Of a stretch of DNA of 64,000 nt, positions 23,283 to 34,514 are shown in pieces; positions within the stretch are counted from its first letter, which is position 1, and each line of letters opens with the position of its first letter. Source of the stretch: Mobula hypostoma (lineage: Eukaryota); contig NC_086108.1 in NCBI RefSeq assembly GCF_963921235.1, positions 75,828,001-75,892,000 on the forward strand. Direction: 5' to 3'. The notes beneath the pieces are model-generated. The model saw only the letters and a program-made list of their open reading frames with translations. It made no database searches and was not told the DNA's origin. The position numbers and the translations under genes were made by a program.

Positions 23283-25036
23283 ATTACACAACACAGATGT
23301 GTATGTGAAATTTAGATGGCTAACATAATGTTTGTGACTGAACCAGCTGTTGGTATAGATGCCAATCTTCCTGTCACAATACCTGCTACCTCCTATATTG
23401 CATTGAGGTGTTTCAGTCTCGGCCAAGACATGGTGAACTGAAAAGAACAGGTTGGCTCATCTTTTCATTGATGCATTCCTGTTGCAATCACTTTCTTAAT
23501 GTGAGGAATGTTTTGGCTTACAACTTGGACAAACAGATATGGTACGGTTTCCCAATGAACCTTTATTATATGAAAGATTCAATGGATGAACCCGCCACTT
23601 CAAAGAACAAGAAACATTTGTATTAGTCACGATGGCAGAGAATTTTATTTTTATTTCTTCTACCAAAGTGCATGACATACACTCCCCGATATTGTATTCC
23701 ATCTGCCACTTCTTTGCCCATTCTCCTACTCTGTCTAAGTTCTTCTGTAGCCTCTCTGCTTCCTCAACACGACATGCACCCCCCCACCTATCTTCATTTC
23801 ATCTGCAAACTTACCCACCAATTCCATCATCCATGTCATTAACATATAAAGTAAAAAGAATGTTAATATATGCATATTTGTTTGTAATCAAAGCTGAATT
23901 GGCAGTGGAAGTAGAGTTTTCCTACTTTTTCAAAATATGGGCTTTGCTGTCAGACATTGAGAAAGTGATGGTGATCCATCTACCTGAAGCACAGCACTCT
24001 AAGATGAAGATAGTCCAGGATATAGACTCAATGATGAAATATCTTCAGGTCAGGAAAGTGTGTGACTTGAAAGTGAACAATAGATTGTGGAATTATCATG
24101 TGTCTGCTACCTTCAATGTTCTTGGTGATAAAAGTCATAGAGGTGGGAAGTGCTGCTAAAGAAGTCTTTGTATGTTGTCACATTGCTACTTGTAGTTGAT
24201 ATAATCTGCAGTCATGGGGAGTGGTCCTGGACTACGCAAATGGATTGGATGCTGTATCATGTACCAACCAAGCTGGTGACCCAGAGTCATAGAGTACTAC
24301 ATAGGTCTTTTGGTCCATCCAGTCCACATAACTTATTCTGCTTAGCCTCTTCAACTCGCACCTGAACCATAGCCCTCCCATTCATGCACTTAACCAAATT
24401 TCTCTTAAATATTGAAATTGAACCCACATCCACCATTTTTGCTGGCAGTTGGTTCCACGCTATCCCCACCCTCTGAGTGAAGCAGCTCCCTGTCAGGTTC
24501 CCCGGAAAGATTTCACCTTTCACTCTTAACCTATAACCTCTAGTTTTAGTCTCACCCAACATCAGTGGAAAAAGTCTGCTTGTATTTTCTCTATCTATAC
24601 CCCTCTTACCTCTATCAAATCTTTCCTCATTCTCCTAAGCTCCAGGGAATAAAGTCCAAAACTATTCAACCTTTTCCTTCAACTCAGATCTTCAAGTTCC
24701 AGTAACATTTTGTAAATTTTCTCCATATTGCTTCGATTTTCAATTTCAATATTTTGTCCAAGGTGGATTGTTTCTTGAGTGCTCTTGAAGCTACACTTGT
24801 CTGGGCAAGTCTATAGCATTCCATCACACTCCTGAAAGCTGAGAGACCCTTCAGCTTTCTGGATGGCTGAAAAGTTTTGGACAGATGAGTAAATAGTCAC
24901 AGGATACTTGCTCACCTGTCTCTGGCCAGCACCAGTAGACATGGTACTTAGGTGATTATACAACTTAAACTGCCAGATTCAGGTAACAAAATATAACAAT
25001 ACTCACCCTCACAGCATTCAATCACGTCATCAAATC

Positions 25037-27403
25037 ATAAGACTATAAGATATAGGAGCAGATGTAGGACATTTGTTCCATTGAGTCTGCTCCACCATTC
25101 AATCACAGGCTGATCCAATTTTCCAGTTATCCCCACTCCTTTGCCTGCTCCCCATACCCTTTTATAGGCATCCGTTAGTCTCTTGAGACCATGGATTTGC
25201 GCCTTGGAAGGTTTCCAGGGCGCAGGCCTGGGCAAGGTTGTATGGAAGACCGGCAGTTGCCCATGCTGCAAGTCTCCCCTCTCCTCGCCGCCGATGTGGT
25301 CCAAGGGAAGGGCACTAGGGCCGATACAGCTTGGTACCGGTGCCATCGCAGAGCAATGTGTGGTTAAGTGCCTTGCTCAAGGACACAACACGTTGCCTCA
25401 GCTGAGGCTCGAACTAGCGACCTTCAAGATCACTAGACCGACTCCTTAACCACTTGGCCACACGCCCTGGCTAATCAAAAACCTATCTGTCTCTGCCTTA
25501 AATACACCCAGTGACTTGGCCTCCACGGCCACTCATGGCAACAAATTCCATAGGTTTACCACCCTTTGACTAAAGTAATTTCTCTGCATCTCAGTTCTAA
25601 ATGGACATCCTTCAATCCTGAAGTTGTGCCCACTTGTCCTAGAATCCCCTACCATGGGAAATTACTTTGCCATATCTAACCTGTTCAGGCCTTTTAACAT
25701 TTGGAATGTTTCTGAGATCGCCTCTCATTCTCCTGAGCTCCAGGGAATACAGCCCAAGAGCTGCCAGACTTTCCTCACACAGTAAACTTTTTATTCCTGG
25801 AACCATTCTTGTGAATCTTTTCTGAACCCTCTCCAATGTTAGTATATCCTTTCTAAAATAAGGAACCAAAAACTGCACACAATACTCCAAGTGTTGTCTC
25901 ACGTGTGCCTTATAGCGCCTCAATATCACATCCCTGCTCTAGAAATGAATGCCAACATTGTATTCACATTCTTCATAACATTTAGGGTATCTTGCACAAG
26001 GACTCCCAAGTCCCCCTGCATCTCTGCGTTTTGAATTCTCTCCCCATCTAAATAATAGTCTGCCTATTTATTTCTTCCACCAAAGTGCATGACCATACAC
26101 TTTCCAACATTGTATTTAATTTGCCATTTCTTTGCCCATTCCCCTAAACTATCTAAGTCTCTCTGCAGGCTCTCTGCTTCCTCAACACTACCCGCTTCTC
26201 CACTTATCTTTGTATCATCGGCAAATTTAGCCACAAATCCATTAATACCGTGGTCCAAATCATTGACATACACCGTAAAGAGCAGCAGTCCCAACACCAA
26301 CCCCCGTGGAACTCCACTGGTAACCAGCAGCCAGCCAGAATAGGATCCCTTTATTCCCACTCTCTGTTTTCTGTCAACCAGCTAATGCTCCACCCATTCT
26401 AGTAACTTCCCTGTAATTCCGTGGGCTCTTATCTTGCTAATCCAAGTACACCACGTCTACTACATCTCCTTTGTCTACCCTGCTTGTAATTTCCTTAAAG
26501 AATTGCAGTAGGTTTGTCAGGCAGGATTTTCCTTTCAGGAAACCACACTGGCTTTGGCCTATCTTCTCATGTGCCTCCAGGTACTCCATAATCTTATCCC
26601 TAAAAATCAATTCCAACAATTCCCCAACCACTGATGTCAGGCTAACAGATCAATAGTTTCCTTTCTGCTGCCTCCCACCCTTCTTAAATAGAAGAGTAAA
26701 ATTTGCAATTTTCCAGTCATCCGGTCCAATGCCAGAATCTCTCAATTCTTGAAAGATCATCGTTAATGCCTCTGCAACTCTCCAGCTAATTCCTTCAGAA
26801 CCCAAGGGTGAATTCCATCAGGTCCAGGAGATTTATCCACCCTCAGACCATTAAGCTTCCTGAGCTCCTTCTCACTCGTAATTTTCATTGCACAAACTTG
26901 ACTTCCCTGACACTCTTGAATGTCCAGTATACTGCAGACGTCTTCCACTGTGAAGACTGATGCAAAATATGCATTCAGTTCCTCTGCCATCTCTGCATCT
27001 CTCATTACAATATCTCCAGCGTCATTTTGTATTCGTCCTATATCTACCCTCAACTCTCTTTTACCCTTTATATACTTAAAAAAGCTTTTAGTATCTTCTT
27101 TGATATTAGTCGCCAGCTTCCTTTCATAATTCATCTTTTCCTTCCTCATGACCTCCTTTGTTTCCTTCTGCAAGTTTTTAAAAGCTTCCCTATCCTGTAT
27201 CTTCTCACTAGCCTTGGCTTCCTTGTATGCCCTCTCTTTTGCTTTTACTTTGGCTCTGACTTCACTTGTCAGCCACGGTAGTGTCCTTCTTCCCTTTGAA
27301 AATTTCTTATTTGGAATATATCTGTCTTGCACTTCCCTCGTTTTTCGCTGTAACTCCGGCCATTGCTGCTCTGCTGTTCATCCTGTAAATGTCCCTTTCC
27401 AGA
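25037..27403 (-). mobile_element. CR1 LINE, ORF2 3' two-thirds plus tail, disrupted
   Basis: DKSPGPDGIHP, SQCGFLKGKSCLTNL, KFADDTK, HLEYCVQF. Confidence 0.92.
25162..25467 (-). mobile_element. tRNA-derived SINE with conserved-core-like central domain, inserted in CR1 3' UTR
   Basis: Minus A box TGGCCAAGTGG, B-box-like AGTTCGAGCC, then GTGTCCTTGAGCAAGGCACTTAACC; CpG-rich, so probably young. Confidence 0.8.
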
Positions 27404-28250
27404 ACCTTCTGCAAGGATCGGTCCCTCCGCGACTCCCTGGTCCACACATTCCTCCGCACAGATCTCCCACCTGGCACTTATCCCTGTAAGCGCAAGTGCT
27501 ACACCTGTCCCTACACCTCCTCTCTTGCCACTATTCAGGGCCCCAAACAGTCCTTCCAAGTGAGGTAACACTTCACTTGTGAGTCTGTTGGGGTCATCTA
27601 TCGCATCCAGTCTCCCGGTGAGGCCTCCTCCACATCGGTGAAACCCGACGCAGATTGGGGGACCGCTTCGTCGAGCACCTCCGCTCCGTCCGCCACAACA
27701 GACAGGATTTCCCAGTAGCCACCCACTTCAACTCTGCTTCCCACTCCCATTCAGGTATGTCCATACATGGCCTCCTCTACTGCCATGATGAGGCTAAACT
27801 CACGCTGGAGGAGCAAAACCTCGTAAATCGTCTAGGTAGTCTCCAGCCCCTTGGTATGAACATAGAATTCTCCAACTTCCGGTAATTCCCTCCCCCTCCC
27901 TTCCCCTATCCCTATGTCACTCTGCCCCCTCCCCCAGCTGCCTATCACCTCCCTCATGGTTCTGCCTCCTTCTACTACCCATTGTGTTTTCCCCTATTCT
28001 TTCTTCACCTTTCCTGCCTATCACCTCCGTGCCTCCCCTCCCCCACCACTTTATCTTTCCCCTACTGGTTTTTCACCTGGAACCTACCAGCCTTCTCCTT
28101 CCCACCCTCCCCCCACCTTCTTTATAGGGCCTCTGCCCCTTCCCTCTACAGTCCTGACGAAGGGTTCCGGCCCAAAACGCCGACCGATCTTTTCCATGGA
28201 TGCTGCCCGACCTGCTGAGTTCCTCCAGCATGTTGTGAGTGTTGCTCTAT
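27404..28250 (+). mobile_element. Penelope-like element 3' part: GIY-YIG endonuclease remnant plus terminal repeat
   Basis: HFTCESVGVIY..., LGDRFVEHLRSV, PVATHFNS, LGSLQPLGMNIEFSNFR*; hammerhead-like motif at 28149-28186. Confidence 0.9.
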
Positions 28251-28599
28251 CCCTTTGGTTACCACTTTGAAAAACTCCAGAAGATTTTTCAGACATGACC
28301 TCCCACATACAAAACCACACTGACTATTCCTGAGCAGATCTGGACTATCCAAGTGAACGTAGATCTCAACTTTCAAAATTCCCTCAAGTTACTTGCAAAC
28401 AATTGAAGTCGGACTTACTGCCTGTAGTTCCCTGGTCTGTCCTTGCTCCTCTTCTTGAACAATGGAACGACGTCAGCCACCCTCTAGTCTTCTGGAACTT
28501 TGCCACCGGCTAATGACAAAACAAATATTGATTAGCTTTATAGATTAGCCTATTTGTCTCATGTACATCGAAACATAGAGTGAAATGCATTCAATTTTG

Positions 28600-28856
28600 C
28601 ATCAACAACCAGCACAGTCTAAGGCTAGTGCTGGAGCATCCCACAATCTGGCACCAACATGACATGCCCACAATTTACTAACCCTAACCCATACGTCTTT
28701 GGAATGTGGGAGGAAACTGAAGCACCCAGAGAAAACGCACACAGTCACAAGGAAACATACAAACTCCTTACAGAGAGCAATGGGATTTGAGCCCTAATTA
28801 GTGATCGCTGATGCTGTAAAGCAAATGCGCTAACCACTACGCTCTCATGCCACCCC
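28600..28856 (-). mobile_element. HE1/V-SINE-like tRNA-derived SINE
   Basis: Minus 5' end GGGGTGGCATGAGAGCGTAGTGGTTAGC; body CGTCTTTGGAATGTGGGAGGAAAC...CAAACTCCTTACAG. Confidence 0.7.
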
Positions 28857-31535
28857 AATCTCTACAAGCACTTCCACAATTCCTTCCCTGACTCTCGTAA
28901 TGTTCAGGGGTGCAGTTGATCACATCCTGATGATTTGCCCAGCTTAGTTCACTTCTAGTCACATTGTCATGGCAAAACACTTCATTAAAAAATTGTTAGG
29001 AACTGAGTTTATGATAGTCAAGGATGCTGTCAATGGAAGAAGATGTCTGTTTTCCAATGTATTTTTTAAGGAAAGGGGATTCAAGAAAATGCAGAACTGT
29101 CACTTTTCAGACAGGATTGGAGAAATGGAATTCAAATTTGTTTGCCAACTTCAAAGAACAAATTGATTTTTAAAAGATCATATGTGACGATGTATATTAA
29201 TTGCAATGAATGCACAACCTTATTAGACAACTGTGCTGCATCTGCCATGACGCTGGCAATATTTATCACTGGTTTTCCAAGCCTGATGATGAGATCTATT
29301 GCAGATTCAGCCCCTATAATAGCAAATTTCACAACCAGAAGATGTACTCAGACAGCTAATTTAGCATTTGAATACCAATGGGAACAATTCAGGCTGAAAT
29401 GACAATTAATTTAAAATGCATCGGTGGCTTTATGCTAAATTGCAGCACAAGTTGTCTCTATGGGGTCACGATTTGTCCTTATGACCACATAGATTTCTGA
29501 AGCAGGTTTGCGCTTTGGAATTTAAATTTGCCAATTTAGTAAGGGCCTCTGCAAATGTCCTTAATGCTCTTAGGCAAACCTGTGCATGTGAGTCCATGAT
29601 CTCACATTATCCATTTATATCTTAGACAATGATTGAGCATGTATGTGTTGGGAAAGAGGGTGGAAGTGGCATGGAGAGGTAGGTGGCAACATGTTACTGC
29701 TTGCACCCCTTTCCACATTTGCACATGCCCCTGTCTGTTAGTGAAAGGAAGGTTCCTTGGAGACTGATTTGTTGCTTTTGTTGATTTTAGTTGATTAATA
29801 TTTATATCCACAAATCCTCAGAGATTAACATGACAGATTCCTTTGGCTCTTTGGCTTTGTGAGATAAAAAATAAAGTAGCTAGTCAATTATTTGGGAAGA
29901 TGACATTATTCAAGAGTTGTTTAAATTAATGATCAAACTGGTTGCTGGCAAAATGTCAGAGAACAATGACTTGTTTATGTGCTTATGTGAGTCCTTCCTT
30001 TAATATCAGGTAAAATGTAATTGATTCATAGTGTATAATGTATAGGACATTATACTGTCAGTGAGGAATCTGTCCCCATTGCTTTAATAGCCCATTATAC
30101 ATAAATGACTGGCAAAAAGACCATTGGAAAAATTGATTAATTCTGACCTCCAGATGGTCAATAGTCAGACTGAACGTGCTCACAAATCTGCTAAAGCGCA
30201 AACAAACCAAACATTCTTTACCAATAATAGAGAACAAGCTATCAAAAGCACCAGCCCAGTAATGGCTCTTTGAAACAAGCATAAAGATGTTGGGCTTATC
30301 AGGACCTGTGTGGGGCAAAAAAGAACTTATTAGTCAATAAATGAATAACCTGATTTGTCTAGACACTGGTGGGTTATTTGTGAAGTGACTGATACCTCTC
30401 CTGATTTTCTGAATTGGGAATAGAATTAAGGAGATTTTTTGAAAAATTATATAGGATGACAAGTATTCCACACTAAAACTCTGTCTTTAGCTCTTTCCTC
30501 TAAAGCTGTTAGTTTAATACTAGTCCCTTTTAGTAGTTCTTAGTGCAGAGATTTTCTAATGGAAACTTCAAGGCATTTTGCCCAGTTTACACAAAGACAT
30601 GCTTCTGTTAAAATTATGAGTGCTTTTTCAACAAAGAAAGAATAATCTTACAGAAATTAATATTTTATGGTTATACCAACCAGAGACAGAGTTTGTCATT
30701 AAAGTGTAAAGTTTAAATGCCATTAATTATTTTGTCCCGCTCAATATACCTTTTCAAAGGGTGAATTGATTCAGACGCAGTTACCTGGGGGTAAATGATA
30801 AGTTATATAGAGAAGTTCATTATTCTGTTATTTCAGCAAAGAATTGTTGGAATTGTACTGTGGACTAGACAATGGGAATTAGAAGAACAAACGAGCAGAG
30901 AGATTGTGGATATTTGTAAGGACAATAGGGTTGTCATAATAGGGTATTTTAACTTTCCGAACATAGAATGGGATTGTCATACATTTAAGGGCTGAGATGG
31001 AGTGAAACTTGGTAGTTTCCTTGGGCAATGTAGAAGAATACAGAGCAGGAGAGGGCAAACCTCCACCTTGCGTAATAGGGTGGGACAGGTGACTGAGTTT
31101 GGAGTGGGGGAGCACTTTGAGACCAGTAATCATAGTTTTAAGATAGTTATGGAAAACAACAGATTCAAGTTTTAAATTGGGGCAAGATGAATTTTGACTG
31201 TATAAGACAGGAGGTTGCAAAGTTTGATTGCTATGGTTGTTTGAGGGCAAAGGGACTGCAGGCAAGTGGGAGACCTTTAAAGGGAGATGGTGAGAGTTCA
31301 GTGTTTGCATGTTCATGTGAGAGTGAGGGGTAAAGCTGGTAGGAGTGGGAAACCATGGATAACAAGGGATATAGAAGCCTTGGAAAAAAGGCCTCTATAG
31401 AGCAGGTACATGCGGATAGGATCAAGTGAATCCCTGAAGGAGTATATGGGGTGCGGAGGTGTGCTAAAGAAGGAAATCAGAAGGGCAGAAGGGGGCATAA
31501 GAAATCCTTGGCAGAAAAGATTAAGGATAATCCAA

Positions 31536-31694
31536 GCAACGCACACAGAATGCTAGAGGAACTCCGCAGGCCAGGTAGCATCTGTGGAAAAGAGTACAGT
31601 CAACGCTTCAGGCCGAGACCTGAGCTGATAGGAGTGGGAAACCATGGATGTGTTGCTTGAATTTCCAGCATCTGCAGATTTTCTCTTGTTTGTG
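31536..31694. mobile_element. Short inverted PLE terminal-repeat insertion
   Basis: 14-bp TSD TAAGGATAA(T/C)CCAA at 31522-31535 and 31695-31708. Confidence 0.8.
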
Positions 31695-32136
31695 TAAGGA
31701 TAACCCAAAGAGATTTTGTAAGTATATTAAGGGAAAGGGAGTAACTAGAGACCCCTCAAAGACCAAAGGGGGCATTTTTGTATGCAGCCACAGGAAATGG
31801 ACAAGGTCTTTTATGAATATTTCTTTTCTGTTTTTGCCATGGATAAAGGCATGAAGAAGTTGGAACTTGGAAAATTAAATAGGGAAGTCGGGGTTATTCC
31901 ACATTACGGCAGAAGAAATTCCAGACATCTTAAAACATAAATAAATCTCTGGGGCCTAACCAAGTACTGTATATCCAGGAATACTGTGGAAGGCTAGAGA
32001 AAAAATTGCAGGAGTCTTGGCTGAGATATTTTCATTATTGTTTGTCACAGGTGAGGTGCCAGTAGGCTGAAGGGTAGCAAATGGTGTGCCTATATTTAAG
32101 AAAGGCAGCAAAGAAAAATCTGGGAAATATAAATCA

Positions 32137-33512
32137 CAGACATCCCACCTCTCCCGGAAGTTCCGGGAGTCTCCCGCATATCGATAGTGGCTCCCTGACG
32201 CCCGGAAATTATATACAATATCCCGGAAATAGATTTTTTTGAGAGGGAGAGGGAGAGGGAGAGCGAGAATCCTGATTGGTCTCTCTTCGTGCTAAGAGTG
32301 GTCCCCAACCACCGGGCCACGAGGAAACGATATGATTTGGCGATATGAAACGATATGAGTCAGCTGCACCTTTCCTCATTCCCTGTCATGCACTGTTGAA
32401 TTTTAACACACGCGAGGTCATCAGTGACCCGAGACGTGCAAAGGAACGGGTCCATGACCCATTTGTGAATGTCCCCGGTGAATCTTCCATGTCAGCGCAG
32501 GAAAAAGATCAACTCCTGGAGCTTGCAAATGACGGTGGGCTGAAAAGTATGTTTGACATAACATCTCTGCCGGCATTCTGGATCAAAGACAAGGCTGAAT
32601 ATCCTGAGATAGCCACGGAAGCACTGAAAACGTTGCTTCCATGTCCAACATATCTCTGTGAAGCGGAGTTTTCTGCAATGAATGCAATGAAAACTAAATT
32701 GCAGAATAGACTGGACATAAGGAACCCCCTTCGAGTATCGCTGTCTCCCATCACCCCTCGATAGGACCGTGCTGTTGCAGGAAAACAAGCCCAGGGCTCC
32801 CACTGATTCAGCGATATTGGTGTGTTGCAATGATTTTATATGTTCATACAGGGAAAATATGCGCTGTGTGTTTAATATCCAAACGTTACTTAAAATGTTA
32901 TGATGTGATTGACTTATCACCTATATTCCGGTTGTGATTAACACCCCCGCCCCCGGTCCGCCGGTCCACAAGAATACAGTCAATATTAAACCGGTCTGCG
33001 GTGCAAAAACGTTTGCGGACTCCTGCTAAGTAGACCTATCAGTTTTCTCTGTGGGCGGTCTTTACAGTCGACCTCAAAAATAATGACAATGTTGCTCGCT
33101 GCACTGTTTGCAGCAGTGACTTTTCTATTGCCCATGGTGGGTTAAAATGTAAAAGACATGTTGAGGTGAGTTTAACAGGTGTCATTCATTCATTAGCATA
33201 GCTAAGGTTATTTAAACTAGCTGGCTAGCTGCTAAGGAGCTAATCTATTGATGTCCTGCTTGATGAAGCCAAACTCCCTGTAGACTTGCTTAAAGTTGTA
33301 ATAGAATAAACATGATAATACAATACAAGTACATATTTTAATGTCACATTTTCTGCATATATCCAACTTGGTTTACAGATTAGACAAAATCACTAAACAA
33401 AGTATTACATACACCCTTGGAGATCGACCATGGGGGGGGGGTTGTGATATGGGGTTGCGGGGGGTGGGGGTGCTACCTCCCTGAAATGAGTTTTTGCAGG
33501 ATGGGATGTCTG
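32137..33512 (+). mobile_element. Non-autonomous hAT-like DNA transposon, family A
   Basis: TIR CAGACATCCCACC / GGATGGGATGTCTG; second copy at 54425-54897; flanks AAATCA / CAATCA. Confidence 0.85.
32296..33025 (+). mobile_element. Buster/Charlie-type hAT deletion derivative, family B, nested in family A
   Basis: Ends AGTGGTCCCCAACC / GTTTGCGGACTCCTG; transposase C-terminus DQLLELANDGGLKSMF...TYLCEAEFS...LRVSLSPITPR. Confidence 0.9.
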
Positions 33513-34514
33513 CAATCAGTACGTGTAAGTCTGACATCTTAGATAGGTAAATTACAGGAGAGGATTCTGAGGGATAAGATATATGTAGATCTGGAAAATT
33601 GGAGGCTGATTAGGGATAGTCAACATGGCTTTGTGCAAAGGACGTTATGACTTACGAACTTGATTTAGTTTTTTTGATGACGCGACCAAATGATTTAATG
33701 AGGGAATGGCAGTAGACATGACCTTTGATAAGGTTCCACAGGGTAGGCTACTCTGGAAGGGTAAATAGCGCGGAATCTTGGGAGAACAGACTAATTGGAT
33801 ACAAAACTGGTTTGATGATAGAAAGCAGAGTGTATTGATGGAAGGTGGCTTCTCGGACTACAGGCCATAACTAGTGGAGTGCCTCAGTGTTCAGTGCTGG
33901 TCCCATTATTGTTCATCATCTATATCAACAATTTGGATGAGAATGTACAGGGCATGGTAAGTAAATTCGCAGATGACACTAAAATAGGTTTTCAAAATTT
34001 ATAGGGGTATTCTTGATCAGCTGAGTAGGTGGGCCGAAGAATGACAAATGGAGTTTAATTAGGATAAGCGCAAGGTGTTGTATTTTATTAAGTCAAATCC
34101 AGGCAGGACTTTCATAGTGAATGACAGGGCAATGGGAAGTGTTGTGGAACAGAGTGATCTTTGAGTGGAAGTGCATGGTTCACTGAAAGTGAAGTCACAA
34201 GTAGGGATGTGAAGAAGGCTTTTGGCATGCTGGCCTTCATGAGTCAGAGTATTGAGTACAAAAGTTGGGAGGTATTGGTATGGTTGTACAGGGTACCAGC
34301 AAGGTTGTATTTGGAGTACTGTATTCTCTTTTGATTACACTGCTCTAGGAAAGATGGTAGTAAACTGGAAAGAGTACAGAAAAGGTTTATAAGGATGTTA
34401 CCAGGACTGAGGTCCTGAATTCTAGGAAGAAATTGGACAGGCTAGTGATTTATTCTTTAGAATATAGGACACTACAAATCAACCTGAAAATTAATCTTCA
34501 GGAAATCCCACATG

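Larger units (their letters stand above)
30880..34470 (+). mobile_element. Old CR1 LINE ORF2, heavily decayed, hosting a PLE and hAT insertions
   Basis: RVVIIGYFNFPNIEW, AGTCAACATGGCTTTG, GGAGTGCCTCAG, TTCGCAGATGACAC. Confidence 0.85.

Noticed and set aside
21490..24159. ORFs 21490..21879 and 23632..24159 as host genes
   Set aside because: No recognisable domain; they run across decayed repeat fragments
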